The notes beneath the pieces are model-generated. The model did not search any database. It was not told the origin of the DNA and was given only the letters and a program-made list of their open reading frames with translations. Shown here in pieces: positions 1 through 9,351 of a DNA stretch of 56,080 nucleotides. Numbering within the stretch: the stretch's first letter is position 1; the number at the start of each line of letters is the position of its first letter. Both the position numbers and the translations under genes were made by a program. This DNA comes from a virus. Taxonomy: Duplodnaviria > Caudoviricetes. The DNA lies in the IMG/VR virus record IMGVR_UViG_3300037483_001430, positions 1 through 56,080 of that record; one strand, given 5' to 3'.

Positions 1-107
1 ACCACCCACGACAGCGAGCGGTCCTGCCTCCACGATTCGCGCATGATCTCGTCGAGCATGTCCGCGGGGACGTAGAGGGACTGCTTGCGCTTGGCGTTCT
101 CGCTCAC
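1..107 (-). CDS. Small myxobacterial RHH-like protein (TIGR04563 / MXAN_4361-like), truncated by the window edge
   Basis: Manual translation VSENAKRKQSLYVPADMLDEIMRESWRQDRSLSWVV shows the RKQSLY.P..ML.EI..E..RQDRSLSW.V signature. GTGA overlap with the upstream gene. Confidence 0.75.
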   Translation of the reverse strand, partial: MSENAKRKQSLYVPADMLDEIMRESWRQDRSLSWV

Positions 108-406
108 GGCGGCGGCTTCGGCGGATCTACCGCCGCCTCCTTCGTGAGACGGAGGGCGACCGAACGATCCGCGTCCGTGTTCATCTCGCCGACGCCGATG
201 AGCCCGCCGAGCGTGGCCGCTATTCCGGCGCTCGCGAAGACGACGATCCTCCACGTGGTACCCGGCACGAGCAGTCCGAGTCCACCCGACGTGCCGGCGT
301 AGCCGAGCAAGAGGCTCCGCACCACCCGGCGCTGGACCTGGGGGTGGTAGACGAGCGCGGCGAACGCGCGGCGCAGGAACCCGAATGCGAGCCGCTTGCG
401 CGTCAT
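104..406 (-). CDS. Putative holin / small membrane protein
   Basis: 100 aa with two hydrophobic segments. ATGA-coupled to the endolysin. Confidence 0.55.
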   Translation of the reverse strand: MTRKRLAFGFLRRAFAALVYHPQVQRRVVRSLLLGYAGTSGGLGLLVPGTTWRIVVFASAGIAATLGGLIGVGEMNTDADRSVALRLTKEAAVDPPKPPP

Positions 407-909
407 GCGATCCTCCGGAACGGCCGGTACTTCGCCCCATCGTTCGTCTCGAGCGCGAGCAGCCGTGCTGGTGTCGTCGCCGGCGCGGCCTGCAAGTGGA
501 TCCACCCCATCTCGAGGATCACCTGGTCGACGTGCGCGAGCTCGCCGTTCTCGAGCGCGGCGGCGATCGCCCGCATCGCCTCCAGGCAGCCCATCCCGAT
601 CGGCTGCACGTCGGCCGCGAGGCCGAGGACGTGACGGCTCGTGGGGCGACCGCCGACGGCGCTATTGAGCCCGGGGCAGCGGAGCCCGCTCGTGACTCGG
701 AGCCCGCGCGCGCCGGCGCGGACGACGACGCCGCGCGTGGGCTCGAAGACGTCGCCGGCGAAGCGCCGCTGCGCGGTCGCGCGAAGCTCGGGGCTATCGC
801 GCCAGAAGCGGTCTTGCTCGGCCACGAAGGCGTGCCTCGATGTCGCCAGGAACTCGGCGACCGTGAGATGGTCCGAGAGGAGATCGAAGGGCGCGAGGAG
901 ATCCGTCAC
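403..909 (-). CDS. Endolysin, peptidase M15 family
   Basis: Motifs SGLRCPGLNSAVGG..TSRHVLGLAAD and GWIHL. Start placed at GTG 909. Confidence 0.85.
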   Translation of the reverse strand: MTDLLAPFDLLSDHLTVAEFLATSRHAFVAEQDRFWRDSPELRATAQRRFAGDVFEPTRGVVVRAGARGLRVTSGLRCPGLNSAVGGRPTSRHVLGLAADVQPIGMGCLEAMRAIAAALENGELAHVDQVILEMGWIHLQAAPATTPARLLALETNDGAKYRPFRRIA

Positions 910-964
910 GTGTAGGTGGTCCCCTCGTGCGCGAGGATGACGGGGATCGCGAGATCGAAGGTGC

Positions 965-1183
965 TCACCGGATCTCTCGCTCCCCGACGAGCTCCCGCGG
1001 ATAGGATCGGTAGCCCTCGCTCGTCGCAGCGATGACCACCGTCGGGCAGTTCGGGCAGGCAAAGCGCTCCGCTGGCAGGAAGGTCGATGCGGTCTCTTCG
1101 AGCCGCGCCTCGCCGTCACGAGTCATCTCGGCGCCGCAGAGCGGGCACGGTCTCGTGACGGCTGCGGCGAGCTCGACGAACAT
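965..1183 (-). CDS. Small zinc-ribbon protein
   Basis: CPLC...CPNC. Preceded by a promoter motif 6 nt upstream of the ATG. Confidence 0.6.
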   Translation of the reverse strand: MFVELAAAVTRPCPLCGAEMTRDGEARLEETASTFLPAERFACPNCPTVVIAATSEGYRSYPRELVGEREIR

Positions 1184-1189
1184 CCCGGG

Positions 1190-1222
1190 AGCATGGCACC
1201 CGGAGGCTCGGCCCCGGCGAAA
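1190..1222 (-). promoter_or_regulatory. Long-spacer promoter motif, leaderless (lysis region)
   Basis: TTTCGC-N21-CATGCT-N6-ATG. Confidence 0.55.
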
Positions 1223-1284
1223 TCGCCGCCGCCTCTAGCCGTTACAAGGGGCTCGCTGTTCGAGACGCGCGCCAGGGAAGGACG

Positions 1285-2619
1285 TCATCCCCCCACGGTC
1301 CATTCGACCGGCCTGTATCGGGAGACGTAGAGGACTGCTCTGTTGGACACGCTCTCGTCTGAGCGGAGGAAGATCCGCCCGCGCTCAGACCAGGAAGCCC
1401 CGCCGTCCGTGGAGACGAAGACGTTTCCGTCCACGAAGATCATCGCGAGAGCCTCGCCGACCCGCCCGCCGGCCTGAGACCCACCGCCAAGCCCTATAGG
1501 GTAGACAGACGTCCAGTGCTCGCCGTCGACGGTGTAGACGCACTCCGCACTTCCGAGGGCTACGATGCCACCGCCGGGACGAGGCATGATCTGCCAGGGG
1601 TTGTTCGATGGACATTCTAGCGTCCAGACCGCGGCATTCGCGTCGGAGGAGTAGACGCCGCCGGGATAGTCGTCGCCGTTGAATCTGCCCAGCGATACGC
1701 CGAGCCACCGGCTGCGCGGCGCGTCCCACATGAAGTCCCAGAAGTCCGGACCACCTCCCGGATTGCGGACTTCCCAGCTCTGCCCCTTGTCCGTGGACCG
1801 ATAGATATACTGCAATCCGGGCTGATAGCCCCACGGATCGCTCTCGTACTGGCACGTCAGAATGGAGTCCCCACCGTCCCAGCCTAGCCCGACGGCGGCG
1901 ACCCCCGCCATGCGTTGTGGGCTCGGCGTCCAGTTCTTGCCATCAGGAGCTGTGGCGCAGAAGTACGGGGCCTCATCGCCCCCTTGGTAGCCGACGGCTA
2001 GGAATCTATCCCCGATCCACGCCACGTTTTGGAATGCCACCCCTTGCCAGAACCCGGGCATATCGCCCGTAGCCCAGACGCCGTCCGTCAATGTGGCCCA
2101 AAACGTGCCCTGAAGCAGGCAGTAAACGGCGCCGTTCCATGCAGCGTCGCCCGCCCCTCCCACCGCCCCCTCGGGCATCGTGAACCCCGGGACTGCGGAA
2201 GTGAGATCGGGCAAGATTTCGACGGCAAACGGGATGGGGTTGCCTCCAGCCGAGGGAGAGGAGAACCCGCCCAAGACGGCGAACGGAGGGCCACCCGCCA
2301 GCGCCCCGAGCGGCCAGGGTGGTCGCGGCGGCGACACGTCCTCCGACGGGGTGGCCGCGTCCTGGACGAAGGCGCAGGCGTTCAGCGCACGCACCTTGGA
2401 AGTGAAGTGCGACGCGGGCTCGCGTTCATCCATGACGAACGCTGACGCGTTGGGGTCGGTGGCGGGCGAGACGAGGAAGCGCGTGCGGGGCTTGTCAGCG
2501 TCGAGCACGAGCGGCAATCGCGGCGCCTGCTGTAGAAGGACTTTCGCGGGCCCGCTCTGCGAGCCGATCTCGAGTCCCTCCACCGTCCCGTCGCTGTGCT
2601 GGATGTAGATCTTGGACAT
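1285..2619 (-). CDS. Putative receptor-binding tail protein: duplicated tail-tip module plus BNR/Asp-box beta-propeller
   Basis: N-terminal ~85 aa are paralogous to 2625..2930. Asp-box repeats APDGKNW, STDKGQSW, TVDGEHW, STDGGASW. Alternative start at 2637. Confidence 0.75.
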   Translation of the reverse strand: MSKIYIQHSDGTVEGLEIGSQSGPAKVLLQQAPRLPLVLDADKPRTRFLVSPATDPNASAFVMDEREPASHFTSKVRALNACAFVQDAATPSEDVSPPRPPWPLGALAGGPPFAVLGGFSSPSAGGNPIPFAVEILPDLTSAVPGFTMPEGAVGGAGDAAWNGAVYCLLQGTFWATLTDGVWATGDMPGFWQGVAFQNVAWIGDRFLAVGYQGGDEAPYFCATAPDGKNWTPSPQRMAGVAAVGLGWDGGDSILTCQYESDPWGYQPGLQYIYRSTDKGQSWEVRNPGGGPDFWDFMWDAPRSRWLGVSLGRFNGDDYPGGVYSSDANAAVWTLECPSNNPWQIMPRPGGGIVALGSAECVYTVDGEHWTSVYPIGLGGGSQAGGRVGEALAMIFVDGNVFVSTDGGASWSERGRIFLRSDESVSNRAVLYVSRYRPVEWTVGG

Positions 2620-2624
2620 GCGAC

Positions 2625-2930
2625 CTACTCGCTCCATCCCTCTTCTGTCGGGTTGTCGTAATCGTTGGCGTAGTAGCGATCGTCGTAGTTCACGGCCTTG
2701 ACGACGCTCGTGAAGGTGCTCTTCGCGTCCTTCTCCGTGACGAGAAAGGCCCTCGCAATCGGGCTCCCGTCGGGCACGATGTCGAAACGCGCCTGGCCAG
2801 AGAGGTCACCGTCCACAGCCAGGGCCAGCCGAGGCGCGCCGGCGAGCACCACCTTGTTGGACGCGCTGCCGGCCGAGACGTCGAGCGACTCGATCGTCCC
2901 GTCGACGTGCTGGAGGAAGATCGTTGGCAC
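2625..2930 (-). CDS. Detached C-terminal domain of the tail-tip protein
   Basis: IFLQHVDGT...APRL...AVNYDDRYYAND resembles the C-terminus of siphophage central tail proteins. Starts 1 nt after the TAA of the upstream gene. Confidence 0.7.
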   Translation of the reverse strand: MPTIFLQHVDGTIESLDVSAGSASNKVVLAGAPRLALAVDGDLSGQARFDIVPDGSPIARAFLVTEKDAKSTFTSVVKAVNYDDRYYANDYDNPTEEGWSE

Positions 2931-2931
2931 T

Positions 2932-5226
2932 TTAGAGGGTCACTGGCCGCGACAGGGTGAGCTCGAGACCGTCCTGCGCCGTGACCTCGCCGTCCTGCGT
3001 CCCGGCTCGCGTGTTGTCCGCCACCAGGATGCGGTCGAGCAGCACGAGCAGATCCGCTTCCTGCGTGGCCTCGAACTCGACGGCGATGTTCTGGTAGCGG
3101 ATCTTGTTCCAGATCCGCCACGCCTGGTAGTACGCCTGCACCCGCGAGCGCACGCCGATCGAGTCCACCTTCTTGGGGTTACGCGCCGAGAGGTCCTCGG
3201 GGATGTAGTATTTCACTGGCGCGTCGTCGACCGGTGAGACGTAGGAGAACTCGACCCCATCTATCGCGTCCTGATTGCCGAAGCGAACAGTCCGCGTTTC
3301 CGTCCCCGGGACCTTGTTCCGGTGATTGAAGAGGAGGACGCTGTCCTGCGTCTCCTTCTCGAAACTGAGCCGTATCTGAGAGCCGCGGCGGTAGGCCAGG
3401 CAGAACACCGCCATCGCGACCTGAGCGAGGCTCTCCTCGAAGGAGACATTGTCCTGGTCGAACGTGTAACAGAACTGCACGCACTTCGAGCCACCCGGGA
3501 AGTACGTCTCGACCTCGGCGATGGTGCTGTAGATGTTGTCGAGGTCGAGCTGGGAGTAGTCGGGCGTCACGCCGTCCGGGAGGACCCGTCGGCCGATAAA
3601 GGGATCGGTGCAGATGGCCACGATGATGTCATCGGCACGGATGGTCGGTTGTGGCTCGCTGAACGACGTATCGTAGTAGCGCGTCGGGATCTTGCGGGTG
3701 GCGAGCATGTTGAGCTTTCGCTCGTTCATCCTCCGGGCGTCGCGCGTCGCCCGGGTGACGGAGTAGACCGTCGTGACGTCCCCGAAGTGCTCCTGGGGGA
3801 CAGGGGCCACCGCATACAGGTCGGCCCACTTGATCGTGTCTTCGTAGGAATAGCGCTGGTAGTTGTAGGGGTGATCGCGCAGCGTGGCGAGGCGCGCGCG
3901 TACGGTGCAGTACCCGCCGGTGGCGATCTTGGCGGTGAGCGCCCGCTCAATCTTGGTCCCGGCGGAGCCGTTCAGGAAGACCTCCGTCACGTTGGGCGTG
4001 TCGGTCGGCGCGCCGGTCGCGTCGGTCGGGGTGATCTCGACCTGGATCACGGTATTCCACTGCGATTGCGGGGGCTCCGCCTCGTTGTCGTTACGATACA
4101 GCCCCTGCGGCGCCAGCAAGTTCACGAAGACGCGCGTTGCGTCGGGGACATCGACGAAGAACGGGCCAACCCAGTTCCCGCCCGCATCGGCGCCCTTGAT
4201 GTATCCCCCGGGTCCGCCGGTATTGACCGGGTTGGTGGTGTATATCATCCACCAGTCCTCGTTCACGCTCTGCGCATCGACGAGATAGATGTATCTCGGC
4301 GTGACGGACGCGATGACATAGGTGCCGGCAAGGTTAACTCCACCTGTCGTGAGCGCCACGTCGATGCTCTGCCCTTTGACGAAGTAGTCGGTGAAGTCCT
4401 GCGCCGACCCGAACGCGAGGCCGATCCAGTGTATATGTCGACCGTCGATGTCGACTCCATCGTTGCCGACCTGCATGTCCGAGGGGTTCGCGTTCCAGAA
4501 GGTCAAGTTCGGCGGCTTCAGTTGTTGGCCGTTCACGCCAGAGATTCGCTTCACGTTGAGCACCGGCTCAGGAAGCGTCCGACCGGGGGGGAGCGAGATG
4601 ATGGGCGTCCCAGAATTGGGCGACGTGTTGGGATCGTAGATGAGAACGGTGTTCGCGTCGATGTCCGTGATCGGGGTCGTGCCTTCCCGAATGCTGGGCA
4701 CGTCGATCTCGTAGCTCCCGCGGCCGAGGCACATGTAGCAATACTCGACCTCGGTGTTCCCCTCGTAGACTCGATACGGCACGGCCACGAGATCCGGAAT
4801 GGCGCGCACCTGACCGAAGATGTCGGGGATCCGCCCGTTGATGCGCTCCGAATTGCTGCGGTTGGACAGGCTGTTAGCTGCCGCGCCCGGAGGGGTCTGT
4901 GATGGCGTGCTCGGCCGCAAGAGAAAATAAGTGGCGACAGATGCCGCCACCGCGACCACCGCCAGGACTATGGCGGCTACCTCGATGCCCGTCCCCGGGT
5001 AGACCACCACGTAGAACGGCCCTGCCAGTTCCCCCAGCTTCTCGATGCCCCGCTCGTCGGCGGGCGTGACGTCGCAACAGAGCGCGACTTGCTCATGGTA
5101 GATGCGCGCCCCCGCCGGCCATTGCGGGAAGCTCTCCATGAGGAACTCCCGGATGTCCGGGACCTCATGCCTCGTCCACGATGATGGGTCGAAGGGATCC
5201 TGCGCGAGCGTGACCGTCTTCAGCAT
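2932..5226 (-). CDS. Central tail-tip / host-specificity (J-like) protein
   Basis: RIPDIFGQVRAIPDL motif. Position after the NlpC/P60 gene. Start placed at MLKTV. Confidence 0.85.
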   Translation of the reverse strand: MLKTVTLAQDPFDPSSWTRHEVPDIREFLMESFPQWPAGARIYHEQVALCCDVTPADERGIEKLGELAGPFYVVVYPGTGIEVAAIVLAVVAVAASVATYFLLRPSTPSQTPPGAAANSLSNRSNSERINGRIPDIFGQVRAIPDLVAVPYRVYEGNTEVEYCYMCLGRGSYEIDVPSIREGTTPITDIDANTVLIYDPNTSPNSGTPIISLPPGRTLPEPVLNVKRISGVNGQQLKPPNLTFWNANPSDMQVGNDGVDIDGRHIHWIGLAFGSAQDFTDYFVKGQSIDVALTTGGVNLAGTYVIASVTPRYIYLVDAQSVNEDWWMIYTTNPVNTGGPGGYIKGADAGGNWVGPFFVDVPDATRVFVNLLAPQGLYRNDNEAEPPQSQWNTVIQVEITPTDATGAPTDTPNVTEVFLNGSAGTKIERALTAKIATGGYCTVRARLATLRDHPYNYQRYSYEDTIKWADLYAVAPVPQEHFGDVTTVYSVTRATRDARRMNERKLNMLATRKIPTRYYDTSFSEPQPTIRADDIIVAICTDPFIGRRVLPDGVTPDYSQLDLDNIYSTIAEVETYFPGGSKCVQFCYTFDQDNVSFEESLAQVAMAVFCLAYRRGSQIRLSFEKETQDSVLLFNHRNKVPGTETRTVRFGNQDAIDGVEFSYVSPVDDAPVKYYIPEDLSARNPKKVDSIGVRSRVQAYYQAWRIWNKIRYQNIAVEFEATQEADLLVLLDRILVADNTRAGTQDGEVTAQDGLELTLSRPVTL

Positions 5227-5576
5227 GAGTAGTACCTCACGATCTCGAACCCGAGGGCGGCTACCTCCAGCGGCTGGAACTGCACGCCCCGCTCCCGAAT
5301 GTGCAGGACGCGCCCGCGCGCGAAGACGCCCACGTGCGGTTCCCCGCGCCGCCGGCTCATGAAAACGAGACATGGGCTCTCGGGCGTCTCGAGCCGGCGG
5401 AACGCATCGAAGTGGCGCTTCCCGAGCGTCCTCGTCTCCGGGTCAAGGACGCCCGCCAGGCGCTCGCCGATGTCCACGCCGGTGAGGTCGAGCATGACGT
5501 CGCGCGCGAAGTGGAGGCAGTTGTACCGGCGGTGGTCGTAGGCCCGCGCGAGGTATTGATCGAAGCTCGCGATCAT
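5220..5576 (-). CDS. NlpC/P60-like tail assembly protein
   Basis: YNCLHF...HVGVF..GRVLH catalytic pattern. Confidence 0.8.
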   Translation of the reverse strand: MIASFDQYLARAYDHRRYNCLHFARDVMLDLTGVDIGERLAGVLDPETRTLGKRHFDAFRRLETPESPCLVFMSRRRGEPHVGVFARGRVLHIRERGVQFQPLEVAALGFEIVRYYSC

Positions 5577-6079
5577 GACGTGAGAAAGCCCCTCAACATC
5601 GGGAACCTGGCAATAGAATACGCCTCCCCCGTCTTCGTCACGTTCACGGACGGCGCCTTGGCCTCGAAGGACGCGCCGTCCTTGGTGAAGCTGAACGTCT
5701 CCACCTCGAGCATGAGTGCCGGGAAGAGCGGGGCCGAGAGGTCGTCCGAGCGGTAGCAGCGGTAGATGATGGTGGGCTTCGTCGAGAAGCCGCCCGCGGC
5801 GGCGACGGCGTCGAGCTCCGTGGGCAGGATCTCGCCCAGGTCGCCCAGGTCCACCCGGATGCCCGAATCGAGGTTGTCCCGGTTCCCGACCGGGGTCATC
5901 TGCAGCGGGTAGTAGTCGAAGGTCGCGTCCGTGGAGTCCTCGAGCGTCACGGTGACGCCGGCCACGGCGTTGCGTACGATCCGGTACGTCCTCGAGAATG
6001 CGGGGTGCGAGATCTCGAGGAGCTCGAGCTGGACGACGTCGGTGCGCGAGTTGAGGAAGAACTCCGAGTAGCGGCTCAT
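5573..6079 (-). CDS. Minor tail protein (DUF1833-like)
   Basis: LELLEISHPAFS..YRIVRN ... Y...RFP.L. ATGA overlaps at both ends. Confidence 0.8.
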   Translation of the reverse strand: MSRYSEFFLNSRTDVVQLELLEISHPAFSRTYRIVRNAVAGVTVTLEDSTDATFDYYPLQMTPVGNRDNLDSGIRVDLGDLGEILPTELDAVAAAGGFSTKPTIIYRCYRSDDLSAPLFPALMLEVETFSFTKDGASFEAKAPSVNVTKTGEAYSIARFPMLRGFLTS

Positions 6080-6435
6080 GGCGTCACCGCGGGCTCGACG
6101 AAGAGCTCGGCTCTCACGACGTAGGTGAGCCCCGCATACTCGGAGAGGCCGAAGGTCCCAGGCGCGAAGCAAACCCGGTGCTGGGTCGGCACCGCCTCCT
6201 CGAAGATGAGATCGAGGAGGAACGGGAGGCCCTTGTTCGTCCCGTAGAACGTGCGGAGCGTCACGTAGTCGGTCGTGCCCACCGTCCACTGGACCTGCAT
6301 CTTGGCCCAGGCGCCGATGACGTCGAGCCGGATGCGAGGGGCTCCGCCGGCGAGCTCCACGGAGAGGACCTCGGGGCCGTCGAGGAAGCTGTACCCGCTC
6401 TTGTCCGGCGGGATGGTGAGCTTCGCGAGCGCCAC
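6076..6435 (-). CDS. Distal/minor tail protein
   Basis: Directly follows the tape measure gene. GYS..DG.EV.SV.L.GG..R pattern. Confidence 0.7.
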   Translation of the reverse strand: MALAKLTIPPDKSGYSFLDGPEVLSVELAGGAPRIRLDVIGAWAKMQVQWTVGTTDYVTLRTFYGTNKGLPFLLDLIFEEAVPTQHRVCFAPGTFGLSEYAGLTYVVRAELFVEPAVTP

Positions 6436-9351
6436 CTACCGCCTCCGCGGGGCCGTCGTGCTCGTGCCGAGGGCGCTCGAGGTGCGGCTGTTGGGGTTCC
6501 GCAAGTCGGCAGCGATGACGCTCGGGCCTTCCTTGTGGAGCGTCTTGCGCGCTTCGTCCCGAGCCATGATCCGGACCTCGGAGGGCGAGAGCTGCTGCAC
6601 CTCGAAGGCCTTCGAGGTGCCGTAGTTCTGGATGGAGACGTTCATGGACGCGCCGCCGCGGCCGCCAGCGCCCGACGACACCGCGCGGCCGGCGTTCATC
6701 GCCTCGAGCAGCGGGCGGTTTCGGGCGGTCGCGTCCGCGTTCATGACGAACTCCCGGCCGTGGACCACGCCGGCGACGTCGTGCCGCCCGACGTCGCCCG
6801 TGTACCCGCCCGATTCGAGCGAGACGCCTCCCGCGACGGCGAGCCCTTCCGAGAGCGCGACCGTGCCGGCTATGGCAGCAGCTGCCGGGGCAGCGTTCGC
6901 GCCGAACGTGGCGAGGGAGACGTAGGAGGCTGCAGTAGCCCATGCCGCGGCCGTCGTAGCGGCCATCCCCGCGCTCGCCGCTGTCGCGGCCTCGCCGGCG
7001 GCTGTGCCGATCGTCGCGTTGAGGACCATCTGGATGCCCATCTTGATGAGCCCGGCGAGGAGTGCGGCAAGGCCCTCCTGCGCCACCTGGTGCAGCGCGT
7101 CCCCGATGTTCTCGCCGAAGACGATCCCGCGCGCGGTCGCCTGGGCGAATCCATCCTCCAGACTGTTCGTGAGCGTCCCGAACTCCGCTCCGGCGCGGGC
7201 GGCGAAGTTGACCGTGGCCCTCTCCATCACCCCGAGCTGTTGCACGTAGCCGTCGGCGAAGCTGCCCCTCCCGGCGTCCAGGCGGAGGCGCATCATCTCG
7301 AGGGCGTATCGCTGGGCGGAGATCGCCCCGCGCTTGAAGAGATCGTCGAGGGCCTGCTCGCCGCGGATGAACTTCTGCTGCGGGCCCTGGATCTTCTCGA
7401 AGATCGCATCGCGTTCCTGCATGACCTTGTTGGCCTCCGCGATGGACGCGATCGAGGATCGTTCCGCCGTCCCGAGCTCCTTCGTGACGGTGACGCCGGC
7501 GGCCTTGAGCTGCTTCTCTTCGGCGAGCCACTTCGATTCGGCCTCGCGAGCCTGGGCGTCGAGATGGAACCCGGCCACCTCCTGCTCGCGTGCGCGGCGA
7601 ACAGCCTCGAGAGGGTGGATGACGTCCTTCAGCTTCTCGCCGAGCTGCCCGAGATACGTGAGGCGCTGGGCCTCGGTGATTGAGCCCTCTGCCTCGGCCT
7701 TCTGCAGAAGCCTCTCGGCTTCTGTGAGCTTGCGAAGCGCAGACTCGGCGGGCGCGACCTCGTCGATGATGCCGTGGGCGCTGCCGCCCTTCCTCCCGAG
7801 CTGGATCTCTTCGGCCATGGCCTTGCGCTGCAGCGCGGCCTGCGCCTCCCCTGAAGCATCGATGATGCGCTGCTGGTCTTCCGCCGCTGCGTTCGCGTTC
7901 TCGAGGAGCGTCCGATCGCGCTTCACCTGTTCTTCCACCAGGGCCGCGTCGAGGCGTAACTGGATCGCCTCCTGCTCGCTGGCCGAGGCGAGCTGCGCCT
8001 CGGTGAGCGCGCGCCGCGCCGCCTGAGCCTGGTCGAGCTCGGCCTTGTAGGCGAGCTCGCGACCCTGCGCAATGTCGATGGGCGCGGCGAAGCCGGCGAG
8101 CTTGCCCTTCATCTCTTCGAGGCCGGCGACCTGCGCGTCGATCGCCTTCAGGCGATTGTTCTGGATATCCCAGGCGAAGGTGGCTTTCGTCTCGGCGTTC
8201 CGCACATTCTCGACCTCGACGCGCTCGCGCTTGAGCGCTTCCGTCTGGGCATCGATGTCGGCCGTCTGCTCCCGCGTCCAGGTCTGCCCCTTGGATCGCG
8301 CCAGGCTCTGATCGTTGAGACCGGCTGCGGCTCGCTTGGCCGCGTCGGCGCGCTGGTGCTCCTCGCTCTCCAGGACGGCGGGGACCACCTTTTCGATGAA
8401 GTCGATGGAGATGCGGATCTTCTTCTGCTGGAGAACGGCGAGCTCGTTCTGAAGCTGATTCAAGTGTCGGATGAGCTCATCCACCTCGGTCTTCACACCG
8501 AGCGCGTGTTTGAAGTCGTCCCAGGGCCCGCTCGCCGCAGCGACCTTGGTCTTCACCGCCGTCATCTCGTCGCCGAGCCTGCCCGCCTCTTGCTGGATGG
8601 AACGGAATTGGCTCGTGATCCAGGTCTCGCCTTTCCCTCTCGCGTTGAGACTGGCGATGAACTCCTCCACCGCCTCGCGTCCCTCGCGCAGCATGCCCGC
8701 GTACTTGGCCGCAGCATCAGCCGCCTCGAACTGCAGCTTCTTCTGCTCCTCGAGCTTCTCGCCGAGCAGTTGCAGTCCGGCCATCACCACCTCGATGGCG
8801 AAACCGATCCCCAGGCCGCCGATCATCGCGCCGGCGAGGAGCCGCATGCCTTCCCCCGCCGCAGAGGACGCGGGGATGAGCCCGTTGAGTGATCCCGCAA
8901 AGAAGTTCACGAGCCGGTTCTCGGCCACGATCTCCTTCTTCAGGGAGAGGAGCCCGCCCGTGTGCCGTTCGTGTCCCTGAGAAGCCCCCTCGCCAGCCTT
9001 CTTCAGCGTCGCGAGCTCACCCGAAAGTCGTTTCACCTCCGCCTCGAGCGCCGCGCTGCTCACCGTGGCCCCGTCCGCGCCCTTCGCGCCCAGCTTGAAC
9101 GCCGTGGCGGCTTCATTCATCCCTACGCCCACGACCTCGACGCGGTCGACGAGGCTGCCCATCCGCGTCGCGAGCTGACCAATTTCAGTCTGCAGCGCGC
9201 CGGAAGTGGCCTGGCTCGCCTTGAACGCCGCCATGAGCGCGTCGACGTTCGAGGCACTCTTCTCCGCCGACACGCCGAGCTCGTCGAGATTGCGCTTCAC
9301 CGTGCGGGAGCCGGTCTCGCTGACGACGATGTCAATGACCTCGGCGCCCAT
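6436..9351 (-). CDS. Tape measure protein
   Basis: 971 aa Ala/Glu-rich helical protein. C-terminal GGYTG...AGVVHGREFV. Confidence 0.9.
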   Translation of the reverse strand: MGAEVIDIVVSETGSRTVKRNLDELGVSAEKSASNVDALMAAFKASQATSGALQTEIGQLATRMGSLVDRVEVVGVGMNEAATAFKLGAKGADGATVSSAALEAEVKRLSGELATLKKAGEGASQGHERHTGGLLSLKKEIVAENRLVNFFAGSLNGLIPASSAAGEGMRLLAGAMIGGLGIGFAIEVVMAGLQLLGEKLEEQKKLQFEAADAAAKYAGMLREGREAVEEFIASLNARGKGETWITSQFRSIQQEAGRLGDEMTAVKTKVAAASGPWDDFKHALGVKTEVDELIRHLNQLQNELAVLQQKKIRISIDFIEKVVPAVLESEEHQRADAAKRAAAGLNDQSLARSKGQTWTREQTADIDAQTEALKRERVEVENVRNAETKATFAWDIQNNRLKAIDAQVAGLEEMKGKLAGFAAPIDIAQGRELAYKAELDQAQAARRALTEAQLASASEQEAIQLRLDAALVEEQVKRDRTLLENANAAAEDQQRIIDASGEAQAALQRKAMAEEIQLGRKGGSAHGIIDEVAPAESALRKLTEAERLLQKAEAEGSITEAQRLTYLGQLGEKLKDVIHPLEAVRRAREQEVAGFHLDAQAREAESKWLAEEKQLKAAGVTVTKELGTAERSSIASIAEANKVMQERDAIFEKIQGPQQKFIRGEQALDDLFKRGAISAQRYALEMMRLRLDAGRGSFADGYVQQLGVMERATVNFAARAGAEFGTLTNSLEDGFAQATARGIVFGENIGDALHQVAQEGLAALLAGLIKMGIQMVLNATIGTAAGEAATAASAGMAATTAAAWATAASYVSLATFGANAAPAAAAIAGTVALSEGLAVAGGVSLESGGYTGDVGRHDVAGVVHGREFVMNADATARNRPLLEAMNAGRAVSSGAGGRGGASMNVSIQNYGTSKAFEVQQLSPSEVRIMARDEARKTLHKEGPSVIAADLRNPNSRTSSALGTSTTAPRRR

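Noticed and set aside
1285-5226. Diversity-generating retroelement or invertible tail-fibre shufflon
   Set aside because: No reverse transcriptase, TR/VR pair or inverted recombination sites were seen near the tail genes.
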